Shown here: piece after piece, positions 37,914-46,937 of the stretch
Numbering within the stretch: position 1 is the stretch's first letter
How the letters are laid out: every line of letters begins with the position of its first letter
Source: Acidimicrobiales bacterium
GTDB taxonomy: Bacteria > Actinomycetota > Acidimicrobiia > Acidimicrobiales > RAAP-2
Length of the DNA stretch: 64,000 nucleotides
Direction of reading: 5' to 3'
Assembly (NCBI GenBank): GCA_036490155.1
Contig: DASXEK010000040.1
Location: 8,463 to 72,462 of the forward strand
Position numbers and translations under genes: made by a program
Notes under the pieces: model-generated
Told to the model about the DNA's origin: nothing
Seen by the model: the letters and a program-made list of their open reading frames with translations, nothing else
The model's database searches: none

Positions 37914-39050
37914 CTACGACTGCAGACGGGCGGCAGCCTCGTCGAGAGGGATCCGCTCCTGCTCGATGCGTCGCGGGAGACCATCGGCGGGCTGAGCGAC
38001 GGCGTGGTAAGCGTCTCGTTCCGCCGCAGTGAGATCCGGGAGCGCCTTCGGTGCACGGCGAGGGATCGTATCTCCGCTCGGGAAGGTATTCGTTCCCCAA
38101 GCTGCATACAGGTGGTAGGCGTCGAGGTCCATGAGGATGCTGGTGACCTCAAGCCCATCACGCCGGTACCCCGCGAGGATCTCGAAGCCCTCGGCATCGA
38201 TGTCACCCCAGTAGTAGAGACGCTGAGCCTGAGCGAGCCATGGGAACGCAGCGGCGGTCGCGCCACCGAACCCGTCACCTTCTACCGCGATCCCGCCGGG
38301 CACTTCCGGGAAGTGGATTGCCGTGTCCTTGTTCTCGACGATGATCACGACGGTGGGCCGGTAGGCGGGCGCCATCGTGTCGCCGACGCTTGCCGAGTCG
38401 TGGCGCCGTCCTCCGCCGGCGAGATGGTCGGGGTCGAGGTAGGTGAAGTGGACGCGTGCCGGGTGCCGTCGGGCCAGCTCGAGCGGCCGCCGGACGAGAG
38501 CCTCAACGGCAGGTCCGTGCGTGTTGAGCCACTTGGCGTGCACCCCCGGGACGGGCACCTCCCGAGGAGTCATGCCCGCAGCGTCATTGGTCTGGAACCA
38601 GGCGGCGACATCGAGGAGCAGCCCGAAGTCGAGGTCGCTGTAGCAGTCGGAGAGCCGAAGGACCGTCGGGTGGTCGCCGCAGTTCGGGAACCGTGTTTGG
38701 AGCTCGCCGATTCGGGTCTGATTGCGGGCGATGCGTTGAACCCATTCGGGTCCACAGACCGCTGCGGCTTGGCCGACGTCGGCGACCACGGCTGTGATCG
38801 GGAACTGTTGTGTGGTGCCGTGCACACGCCGATCCCGAGACTCGATGGCCACGTCGTGGCAGACGGCCCAGTTCCTGATCGATGTGGCTTGCCGAGACCA
38901 GGTCTTGAAGTCGGCTTCGAGCTCTCCCGACGATGGCTGGCCGAGCGGGACCCTGTATGGCCAGTTCATCTCCGCTCCACCTAGGTCGCGATGCCAACGT
39001 TCAGCGAGTCGCCGTTCGATGGTCGCCTCGACCTCAGCAACAGTCTTCAC
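37914..39050 (-). CDS. jetD: Wadjet JetD (N-terminal DUF3322-like plus C-terminal Toprim/DUF2220-like nuclease)
   Basis: YYWGDIDAEGFEILAGYRRDG Toprim-like acidic motif. GTGA overlap with the jetC stop. Confidence 0.8.
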   Translation of the reverse strand: MKTVAEVEATIERRLAERWHRDLGGAEMNWPYRVPLGQPSSGELEADFKTWSRQATSIRNWAVCHDVAIESRDRRVHGTTQQFPITAVVADVGQAAAVCGPEWVQRIARNQTRIGELQTRFPNCGDHPTVLRLSDCYSDLDFGLLLDVAAWFQTNDAAGMTPREVPVPGVHAKWLNTHGPAVEALVRRPLELARRHPARVHFTYLDPDHLAGGGRRHDSASVGDTMAPAYRPTVVIIVENKDTAIHFPEVPGGIAVEGDGFGGATAAAFPWLAQAQRLYYWGDIDAEGFEILAGYRRDGLEVTSILMDLDAYHLYAAWGTNTFPSGDTIPRRAPKALPDLTAAERDAYHAVAQPADGLPRRIEQERIPLDEAAARLQS

Positions 39051-42000
39051 GGAGCGTTGACGCCGGCTGCGGTCTGGTCGGTGATGTCGTCGACGCGTGC
39101 GTGACCAGTCGTCGGACTCTTCGTGACCACCAGGACCTGCTCGACATGTGGCTCGAGGGTGGTCACCTTATCGAACGGGGCGGCGACGACCAGCTGAAAC
39201 CCGAGGCCTTTCCATGCACAGACACCACGTCCTGCGAACTCCGAGTCGGCTTTGACGAAAGCTTCGTCGAGGAAGACCGGCGCGAACCGGGGGTGAGTTT
39301 TCGTTTCGTCGCCGAGCTGGAACCGCAGCGCGGATCCGACGATGAACGCAACAAGCTCTTGGGTTTCGCCACCGGACTTCTCCCCGAGCGACGTGTACTC
39401 GGCACGCACCGACCCCTCTTCAGTGATCACCGATGCGGACAGCTCAATGTGCTTGCGGACGTCGAGGTGGTAAGCGCGGCTCTTCTCGTCGGTCTTGCAA
39501 ATCCGACCCATGAACGCTTTGAGGCGGGTGAACTTCTCTTCGGCCTGGTCGAGGGAGAGCTCTCCGATTGCTCCCGACGACAGCTCCCGAAGCTCCTTGC
39601 GGAACTGGCTCTGGTCGTCGCGGGTCAGTTTGCGGAGGTCGATTCGGAGCCGGTCGTGGTGCGCACCGAACGGGAGTCTCTTCAGGATCTGGTTAACCGG
39701 GGCGAGACGGTCCTCGATGTCCTCGATCGCGTTGTCGAATTCGCCGTTGAGGGGCACGAGATCCTCACCGGTCCAGTCGGTGAGTTTGCGGATCCAGGCT
39801 TCGCGTCGTTCGTGAAGCCCGGACGCAGTTATCTCGTCACGGATCCGCAGATAGTCGGGGTGCGACTCGATGCTGATCCCGCGGTTCGGGTTCGGCCACT
39901 TCTCATCAAACCTCACGAAGATCTCCTCCAGCCGCGCTCTCGCGTTGTTGCCGTCCCGTTCACCTTGGCGCCGATCGGACGACAGCGCTCCGACGAGCCG
40001 GATGATCGCATCTTCAAAGGTGTCCGGGCTGTAGGCGGTACCGATACCTCCCACGGATTCGAACCGTTCAGCGAGCTTGGCTGCCTGTTCTTCGCTGCAG
40101 CTGTGCCCGCCAGTGGCGAGGGTAGATAGCTGCGTGTCGAGCTCAGTCTGGCGTTCGATCAGAAGACGATGCGCATCTTTGAGCTGTTTGATTGCGGCAC
40201 GGGCCTCGTAGCGCCGCTCTGTCGCGCCTTCGAGTGCTTCGCTTGCGTCGGTCCGTTCCTGTTCGAGCCGTTCGAGGTCGACGTTCGAGTCGAGGATCTC
40301 GGTCTTACGTTCGACAAGTTCGGCGATCCGTGTTCGGATAGTCTCGTGGTCGATGCTGGCCCAGTTGGTATCAGTCACGTACTGGTAGGCATCCCGCGTA
40401 GACAGCAACCATTGAGCTTGCCCGTTGATCTCTGAGAGCCGCGGTTCGAGGCCGGAGCGTTGCTCGCCGAGCTCTGCGAGTGCAGATTCGATCTCTTCTA
40501 AGCGGTCCTTGTTGTCGAACCCAATTATCGGCTGCTGGGAACCTCCATGGGCCCCGCTGCGACCATGACGGATCTGCCCTGCTCTGGTAACGCGACGTCC
40601 CGAACCGTCGAGTTCGTCGACGTTATCGACGCAGAGTGCGTCTCTGCCCGGTTCCGTGAGCCGTCGTTGGATCCATCCGGTGAACGGGTTGTCCTTGTAG
40701 ACGAGTTTCCCGGACAACATCGCTGCGCTCATCTCAGCGCGCACGAACGGTTCGAGGTCGACTCCTTCAAACGGGATACGTGTCTTCCAGCGCAGATCGT
40801 TGATCGCCCGTGATAGGCGGTTTCGATACCGGTCCTCAACGAGCATCACGCGGGCTACCGGGTTGAACACAACCTCGACAGCGGTCCGCCATCCTGCATG
40901 TTCGACGGGGACATCGATGAGTTCGGCGACGAACGGCAGCTCGTCGGGGTCGAGACCGGCAGCGGCCGCTGCTTCGAGGCGTTGCTGGTGCCAGAGGTGA
41001 GGCACACGACCCGCCCGCCCGTCGAGCGACTCACGTTCTTCGACCAGCGCAGCGATCTGGCCTTCGAGTTCCCAGATCTCACGCTGTATGCGAGAGCGCT
41101 TCGTATCGAGGTCCATCAGCGCGGCGCCGTAGCCGTTCGAGATGAACGCGACAGCAGCCGTCTTCGCCGCAACGAAGTCGACTTCGGTCTCGATGGTTGT
41201 ATCCAGGGACCCAGTCCGCGTTTCGAACGTGTCACGAGCCGAGACTGCTGCGTCACAGGCAACGCTGAGCTCGGCGATCGTCTCGTCCAGCTTTGTGAGC
41301 TCTGCGCCACCGGCTTCGGCGATCGCCTCCTCGTAGAGTCCGACGAGCTCCTTGTACTCGCCCTCGTCATCCTTGGCCGTCTGCTCGGCTACGGCTGCTG
41401 CGTCGCGGTCAAGGTCGTTCTGGCGGACTGCTCCGGAAACAAGGGATTGTTCGTGGGTAACGGACCAGTGCTTGCCTGGAGACTCGGCACGGTTAAGGCC
41501 ATACCCGTCGATAAGTGCAATCTCGGCGAGCGCTGACTGGTAGTCGTCACCCAAGCTGACAATCGGGGCGAGGATCGCTTCCTGGTCGGAGGCGTCGACC
41601 ATCTCCTGGTACGCGGTTTCGAGGTCCGCGAAGTGCTCGATGGCGGTGTCGGCCGCTGCGAACGTCGACGGGATTTCGAGAACCATCTGCTTGTAGAGGT
41701 CGTCAACGGCTGCGACAGGTTTACCGGCCTGGATGCGGGCCAGGAGCCGTAGGGCGCCCGACGGGTCCCCGTGTGATCCGATGCCGAGCCGGGTCTGCAA
41801 CGTTGCGGCGAACGCGTCGTAGGTATCGTGCACCTGTATCTGCGAGTACCGCGAGCGCAGCCCCTTCTTCTCAAACTTCTCTGCGGCGAGCGGCTCGAAC
41901 TCTTTCAGGTTGACCGTGCCCGAGATCGACCACATCCGTTTCGCGATGTCGGTGTCGCAGTCCGCTGAACGGGGCACGTAATAGAGCCTCCCGACGGTGA

Positions 42001-42406
42001 ACTGCTCGCCGACGCCGTCAGCGAACGTGACCGCGACCGCGCCCCAGGTTGCTATCTTGACGCCGCGGAGGGTGCGTTCAGTTGCCTCGCCATCGTCACG
42101 GACGTCGTCGAGTTTTCCGCGCAGGTAGGTGAGGAGGCTGCGTTGGGTGGCGCCGCGGGCGCGACCACGTGCTGCGTCGTTCGAGGCCCCGTTGAAGGGG
42201 GTATTCGAATCCATCATCAACGCTAAGTACGCGTCGAGGATCGTGCTCTTTCCGGTGCCGGAAGCTCCACTAAGAAGGGTCGTTCCGGTGGAGAACTCGA
42301 TCGCGTTCGGTCCGCTGAACCCACCCCAGTTGACGAGCTGCATCGACTGGGCCCGCCACTGGGTTTGCGCGAACTCGGTGCCGGCGAACGCTTCTTGCTG
42401 GCTCAC
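39047..42406 (-). CDS. jetC: Wadjet JetC, SMC/MukB-like ABC ATPase
   Basis: Walker A LLSGASGTGKST, a long helical middle, signature KSGGETQ and Walker B PVFLDEAF. GTG 42406 overlaps the jetB stop. Confidence 0.9.
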   Translation of the reverse strand: MSQQEAFAGTEFAQTQWRAQSMQLVNWGGFSGPNAIEFSTGTTLLSGASGTGKSTILDAYLALMMDSNTPFNGASNDAARGRARGATQRSLLTYLRGKLDDVRDDGEATERTLRGVKIATWGAVAVTFADGVGEQFTVGRLYYVPRSADCDTDIAKRMWSISGTVNLKEFEPLAAEKFEKKGLRSRYSQIQVHDTYDAFAATLQTRLGIGSHGDPSGALRLLARIQAGKPVAAVDDLYKQMVLEIPSTFAAADTAIEHFADLETAYQEMVDASDQEAILAPIVSLGDDYQSALAEIALIDGYGLNRAESPGKHWSVTHEQSLVSGAVRQNDLDRDAAAVAEQTAKDDEGEYKELVGLYEEAIAEAGGAELTKLDETIAELSVACDAAVSARDTFETRTGSLDTTIETEVDFVAAKTAAVAFISNGYGAALMDLDTKRSRIQREIWELEGQIAALVEERESLDGRAGRVPHLWHQQRLEAAAAAGLDPDELPFVAELIDVPVEHAGWRTAVEVVFNPVARVMLVEDRYRNRLSRAINDLRWKTRIPFEGVDLEPFVRAEMSAAMLSGKLVYKDNPFTGWIQRRLTEPGRDALCVDNVDELDGSGRRVTRAGQIRHGRSGAHGGSQQPIIGFDNKDRLEEIESALAELGEQRSGLEPRLSEINGQAQWLLSTRDAYQYVTDTNWASIDHETIRTRIAELVERKTEILDSNVDLERLEQERTDASEALEGATERRYEARAAIKQLKDAHRLLIERQTELDTQLSTLATGGHSCSEEQAAKLAERFESVGGIGTAYSPDTFEDAIIRLVGALSSDRRQGERDGNNARARLEEIFVRFDEKWPNPNRGISIESHPDYLRIRDEITASGLHERREAWIRKLTDWTGEDLVPLNGEFDNAIEDIEDRLAPVNQILKRLPFGAHHDRLRIDLRKLTRDDQSQFRKELRELSSGAIGELSLDQAEEKFTRLKAFMGRICKTDEKSRAYHLDVRKHIELSASVITEEGSVRAEYTSLGEKSGGETQELVAFIVGSALRFQLGDETKTHPRFAPVFLDEAFVKADSEFAGRGVCAWKGLGFQLVVAAPFDKVTTLEPHVEQVLVVTKSPTTGHARVDDITDQTAAGVNAP

Positions 42407-43200
42407 GCGGTACCCTCTGGACCTTCCGTGTTGCTGTGATCTTCCGTCTGACCGCTTTCGGTGTAGAGCCATTCGAGAAGCTCTTGGAGGCGTGCGAGCG
42501 GCATGAGCGAGTCGAGAACCGGGGAGATCGTGAAGCGGTCGTTGTCGGCGCTGCCGGAAAGGACTCCCATCGACGTCAGTGATTCGATCGCTGTCTCCGC
42601 CCGCTTCTGCGCGCCGTAGAGGTCCGTGTCATCGTCGGCTTTGAACTCAACGACGCGATCAACCATGTCTTCCCGGTCGACGAGGACCTGTCCGCTGTCT
42701 GCGGCGCGTTGCCGGTGGAGTCGTTCGCGCAAGTAGACGAGAAGGATGGTCTGTTCCCGGCTATAGGCCCGGTCGTGCAACAGGGTCGGGAAGTTCGGGC
42801 CACCGTTGTCCGGTAACGCTTGGCGTTTGTAGGCGACCTGCCCTTCGCGGTCGACATGAAGAGTGAGGTACAGGTCGTTGAGTCGCGCCCGGATCGCCGG
42901 CTGATGATCCATCAGCACCTGCCACAGCGGCGGCTTCTGCTCGTGGCTCAGGTAGTGGTTCTTCAACAGGTAGACGAGGCAGTCGCGCTGCTCTCGGGAC
43001 AGACCGCCTTCGTCGCCGGCAAACAATGCGACCGATGAGCTCTCGACCGTATCGTCGCAATCACTGCCTTCGCGTTCTTGCTCGCGAACACCGCCTCCTT
43101 CGACCGTCGTGGTGTCGTCGTCCCAGTGGCTGCCACATCTGCTGTTGTCATCTTGGACGTCGACCGCTGCGTCGTTGTTGCTGTCGTCGATGGTGGTCAT
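42403..43200 (-). CDS. jetB: Wadjet JetB (MksE/MukE-like, DUF4194-like)
   Basis: Size, position and the LVYLLKNHYLSHEQKPPLWQVL...RARLNDLYLTLHVDRE pattern. Acidic N-terminal tail of about 65 aa. ATGA overlap with the jetA stop. Confidence 0.75.
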   Translation of the reverse strand: MTTIDDSNNDAAVDVQDDNSRCGSHWDDDTTTVEGGGVREQEREGSDCDDTVESSSVALFAGDEGGLSREQRDCLVYLLKNHYLSHEQKPPLWQVLMDHQPAIRARLNDLYLTLHVDREGQVAYKRQALPDNGGPNFPTLLHDRAYSREQTILLVYLRERLHRQRAADSGQVLVDREDMVDRVVEFKADDDTDLYGAQKRAETAIESLTSMGVLSGSADNDRFTISPVLDSLMPLARLQELLEWLYTESGQTEDHSNTEGPEGTA

Positions 43201-44687
43201 CCGACTTCAACCTCGCTGATCTGGTCGACGCGTTCGGGGGTCAGGGTGACGCGGGGTATAGCGAACATACGGCGGGTCCCGTCGGTTCGGTGTGTTTCGA
43301 CCCGTTCGTGATCTTCGGCGCCAGCGAGTGCCGCGGCCCGGGCCAGCAAGTGGATGAGTCCGAGCACTTCGACGGGCCGTTTCGCGTCGATGTCCATTAG
43401 GTCGAAGACCGTGCCTGCGGTCAGTTCGGCGCCCGGGTCGGCGCCGGCGAGCGCTGATTGGAGCCGGGCGAGGACTGGTCCTCCTTGCCGGCGGAGATCG
43501 TCGAGCGATAGCGGTTCAGTATCGACCTCGGGCTGTTCGATGAGCGGTTCGGGCGGGAGATGGTCTGCGGGATCCCAGAACCGTTCCCGCACGTGCCGCA
43601 GTGCCGGTACTGATTCGGGAATGAGCTCGACACGACACGTGGTGCGCACCGGGGTGTTCGCCACCCAGCGAGGTAGTTCTTCGTGGAGTGCTTTGAACAC
43701 CGCGGAAAGCTCTCGTTCGCGGATTGCGTCACGGCTCACGATGTGCTCTTTGAGAGTGCGGGTCACCCGGGATCGTTGGCCAATCACGTCGGTGAGCCCT
43801 CGGCGGACCATGGCTACGGTTCCGAGGAACACCCGGAGATCCTCGGGTTGGAGAGCCTCGGTGAATGGGTGGGTGACGATGATGTCGAGGTCCGCTTTGA
43901 GCTGTTGGAGGAGCGCTTCGTCGCGGAGCAGCCCGAGTGCTCCTTCGAACGCTCGTCCTTCGGGTGTTGCGAAGAGGTTGCCGGACCGCTCCAGGTATTC
44001 GTCGATGACCTGACCGAGCGGACGGGTATCACCGCGGAAGTCATCAAGAATTTGTTCGCGCATCGAGCGGATGCCTTCTTCGACCCGCTTGAAGTCGCCG
44101 GGGAGCTGGCCAATGAGCTCCATCAGGTTGATGTAGCCCTCGAGCATCGATTCGACGGATGGGGGTGCGGGTTCGCCGCCGGCGAGTAGCCGGGTTCGCT
44201 CGGCAGTGAGCCGTTCGATTTCGGCGTCGATGCGCCTCACTCTCGATGCGACGTCGGGGCTCGCTTCGGTTGCTTGCCGCCGCACGGCTTCGACAATCAG
44301 GGTGAGACGCGATTCGGACAGGAGTATGCGTTCGCTGCTGAGGTCGGAGACGATGCGGAGCGCGTCTACGGCGGCTGCGGTCAGCTCGTACACCTCTTTC
44401 CCGCCGTCTTCGGCGGGGAGGCGTTGGAGCCATTTGCCGCGCATCCAGCGGATACAAAGGTCTCGTCCACTGCCTACGGGGGCGTCAATCCCGTTCTCAC
44501 GGTATGTGTCGACGAGCGCGCCGACCCGGACGTGGAGCTGGTCGGTGGGGATGGATCGGCGTTCGCTATCGAAGAGTGCTCGGAGTGCGGCGACCTGCAC
44601 GGCTGCGTACTTGCCGTGCAGCAGGCGTAGGGTGGGACGGTCGAACGCGTCCTCAACTACCCGCAGCCTGCCGATCTCGTCACTCAC
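43197..44687 (-). CDS. jetA: Wadjet JetA (MksF/MukF-like kleisin, DUF3375-like)
   Basis: PTLRLLHGKYAAVQVAALRALFD N-terminal pattern; first gene of the four-gene operon. GTG 44687 follows GGGAGA; the track ORF extends to 44786. Confidence 0.75.
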   Translation of the reverse strand: MSDEIGRLRVVEDAFDRPTLRLLHGKYAAVQVAALRALFDSERRSIPTDQLHVRVGALVDTYRENGIDAPVGSGRDLCIRWMRGKWLQRLPAEDGGKEVYELTAAAVDALRIVSDLSSERILLSESRLTLIVEAVRRQATEASPDVASRVRRIDAEIERLTAERTRLLAGGEPAPPSVESMLEGYINLMELIGQLPGDFKRVEEGIRSMREQILDDFRGDTRPLGQVIDEYLERSGNLFATPEGRAFEGALGLLRDEALLQQLKADLDIIVTHPFTEALQPEDLRVFLGTVAMVRRGLTDVIGQRSRVTRTLKEHIVSRDAIRERELSAVFKALHEELPRWVANTPVRTTCRVELIPESVPALRHVRERFWDPADHLPPEPLIEQPEVDTEPLSLDDLRRQGGPVLARLQSALAGADPGAELTAGTVFDLMDIDAKRPVEVLGLIHLLARAAALAGAEDHERVETHRTDGTRRMFAIPRVTLTPERVDQISEVEVG

Positions 44688-44915
44688 GTCACGATTCTCC
44701 CACCAAGGTGTGACTCTCGATTCCAAGGTTCGCACGCCGAACCGTGGGCCAACCCGTAGTTCCGAACGCCCTTGCCCTGCGACCACACGCCTGGCGACAG
44801 GTGGCCATCGCCATGGAGTCGTGACTCATTGACCTTCGGGCCCGCTCGCCTGCGTATTCGTCCCTGGTCATCGACCCTTGGTCCCCGTTCCGGGCGTCCA
44901 GCCGGAACTCCCTCA

Positions 44916-45023
44916 TCAGCCTTCGGCCGCCTGCCAGGCGTAGTGGGCGCCGATGGCGGTAACGATCCCGCCGAGGATGCGTCGGATGACGTCCTCGGGA
45001 AGCCGGGGTTGGATACGCCTCAT
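44916..45023 (-). pseudogene. Relic 3' end of a membrane-protein gene (35 codons, possibly TSUP/TauE-like tail)
   Basis: MRRIQPRLPEDVIRRILGGIVTAIGAHYAWQAAEG*, followed by the hairpin GTTCCGG-N8-CCGGAAC at 44887-44908. Confidence 0.4.
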
Positions 45024-45042
45024 CGGCGGCTACTGCGTAGCA

Positions 45043-45144
45043 CGCATCCAACCCCACCGGCCAGAGGAGACGATCCGACGGCTACTCGGGGCCATCGTTG
45101 CTGCCATTGGTGTGCGGTACGCCTATCTCGCCGGGCGGGGATAA
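45043..45144 (+). pseudogene. Second, inverted relic of the same gene tail
   Basis: RIQPHRPEETIRRLLGAIVAAIGVRYAYLAGRG*. 20 of 33 residues match the copy on the other strand. Confidence 0.4.
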
Positions 45145-45256
45145 TGCCACCAGCACTCACTGAACAGTTCGACGGAGTGATTCGCTAGATCACGAAGCCA
45201 CTCCAACTACCCGCAATTGCGCGCTGGTATGCGTCACGCGGCACACTCATGGTCCC

Positions 45257-46048
45257 TCAGTCGCGAGCCAACAAGTTCGCTGCCCGCAAGTGTCTTCTGA
45301 CGAGACGAACAACGTCATCAAAGCGTGGCGGATCCGAGAGGTGTTCCGGCATCTCCGTATCCCAGCGATTCTTGTATCGGCCCTGGCGATCCTCGAATCG
45401 ATCTCCGAAGGTAGCGGGGTCAATGCTCTTGGCTTCGCACTTTCGCTCGAACAGGGGACGAATCTCTCCGACGGAGAGTTCGAGGTCATCGACAAGTCGA
45501 AAGAGGTCGTACAGATCACGACATTGGACACGCTGGATAACGCAACGCAACTTCTCGGCACCGATTTCGGAGACCGGGTACACAGAAAAGGGTACTGGTT
45601 CCGGCAGGTCGTCCCAGACCGGAAGTACGCCCATCTGCGCAATGTCCTCGACGTACTCGTCCGTAGCGATGTCGAGCTTCGCCTCGCGTGGTTTGGATGA
45701 CTCCAAGGGGCCAATGAAGCTGATCCCTGGCTTGTTCCCGGAAGTGAGCCCGAGATGCGGGAATCCCGCATGATCTCGTGCGGCGGCAAGGACCTCCGCG
45801 ACGGATTCAACTGCGGCGTCAGCGGATCCGTCGAGGACGGTGAAGTCGAGGTCAGCGGAGTAGCGGTACTGACCGATGTGGACGAGACGAAGCGCAGTGC
45901 CACCTTTGAAGACAAGGCGTCCACCATCGTTCATGTTCGCCCGGTGCAGCTGCGCGACGATGTGAGCGAGGACATAATCGCGCTCCACGACAGACGCATC
46001 GACACCGTCGGCATCAGCACGACGAGTGATCTGGTGTCGAGTGAGCAC
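45257..46048 (-). CDS. abiEii: AbiEii/AbiGii-family nucleotidyltransferase toxin (type IV TA)
   Basis: LVFKGGTALRLV...YRYSADLDFTV motif. Confidence 0.8.
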   Translation of the reverse strand: MLTRHQITRRADADGVDASVVERDYVLAHIVAQLHRANMNDGGRLVFKGGTALRLVHIGQYRYSADLDFTVLDGSADAAVESVAEVLAAARDHAGFPHLGLTSGNKPGISFIGPLESSKPREAKLDIATDEYVEDIAQMGVLPVWDDLPEPVPFSVYPVSEIGAEKLRCVIQRVQCRDLYDLFRLVDDLELSVGEIRPLFERKCEAKSIDPATFGDRFEDRQGRYKNRWDTEMPEHLSDPPRFDDVVRLVRRHLRAANLLARD

Positions 46049-46051
46049 GGA

Positions 46052-46837
46052 TCAGTTGTCGATTACGGAGCGCACCTCGTCAATGGAAGCATTCCATTTG
46101 ACTCGAAACACGCCGTCGGACCACACGCTGCGCTCGTCACTTGGATCCAAGTGAATCACCGGTTGCCGTGGACCCACCTCTGGATTGAGGTGGAGCGGCA
46201 AATCGAGCGCGAGAGCTAGAGAGGCCAATCGACGCTCCCCGGCACGTCCACGATGTCCCAGCTCTCTGGCGAGCTGGCTGATCCGCAGTGGGTCCGCAAC
46301 GTTTGCGCCATTGGCAAGGGCCTCGGCGAGTCGATCAATGCCTCCGATGAGGTCGACTCGCATCGCCGACTCCAGCAGCGCCCTCTCCAGCGTCGAACGC
46401 CAGGAACGTTCGAAGACATCTGCTTCCAGATGGATCGTCTCTGGTCGTTCGATAATGACCTTCAAAGCACGGTTGCCGATATGGGAGATGCGAGTCTGCT
46501 GTTCGCACGCAACCATGACCGTTCGAACGGGATGACTGAGAAGTCCGAACCCCGACACGGCAGTCGCGTAGGCGATGCGGTGCTGCTTTCCCTCGAATGC
46601 CGCTCCGACGGCCAGCGCGAGGTCATCGGTGACGGCGGACGTCCCCAACGATCCGAGCGGTCGAATCGCGTAGTGACCGTGGGTGACACGATCCAAAAGG
46701 CCATTCTTGGCCAGGCGGCGTAGGGCGTTCGAGGTCGCGCCCCGAGAGCCTCCGAGGAGCTCTCTGGCTTCTTCGAAGGTGAATTCGTTCTGGCCATTGG
46801 CGACGAAGTTATCGATGAGATCGAGCTGGCGGGCCAT
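46052..46837 (-). CDS. abiEi: AbiEi-family antitoxin / transcriptional regulator
   Basis: N-terminal winged HTH (FTFEEARELLGGSRGATSNALRRLAKNGLLDRV). It lies immediately upstream of abiEii and has an AGGAGGA RBS. Confidence 0.7.
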   Translation of the reverse strand: MARQLDLIDNFVANGQNEFTFEEARELLGGSRGATSNALRRLAKNGLLDRVTHGHYAIRPLGSLGTSAVTDDLALAVGAAFEGKQHRIAYATAVSGFGLLSHPVRTVMVACEQQTRISHIGNRALKVIIERPETIHLEADVFERSWRSTLERALLESAMRVDLIGGIDRLAEALANGANVADPLRISQLARELGHRGRAGERRLASLALALDLPLHLNPEVGPRQPVIHLDPSDERSVWSDGVFRVKWNASIDEVRSVIDN

Positions 46838-46865
46838 CTGTCCTCCTGCTAGCTAGTATAGCGCA

Positions 46866-46932
46866 AATCCACCTTGAAGGTTGATATGTGCTGTATTGGG
46901 TGACATAGCCTTAATCCACCTAAACCGTTGAT
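46866..46932. promoter_or_regulatory. Two 20-bp operator-like repeats AATCCACCTTGAAGGTTGAT / AATCCACCTAAACCGTTGAT upstream of abiEi
   Basis: 46866-46885 and 46913-46932 are 16/20 identical. Each is an imperfect palindrome (ATCCACC...GGTTGAT). Confidence 0.5.
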
Positions 46933-46937
46933 TTACG

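Noticed and set aside
44953-45144. A 63-aa plus-strand track ORF spanning the inverted gene-tail duplication.
   Set aside because: Its N-terminal half is simply the antisense of the left arm. Only the last 33 codons resemble a real protein tail. It is treated as a relic rather than a gene.
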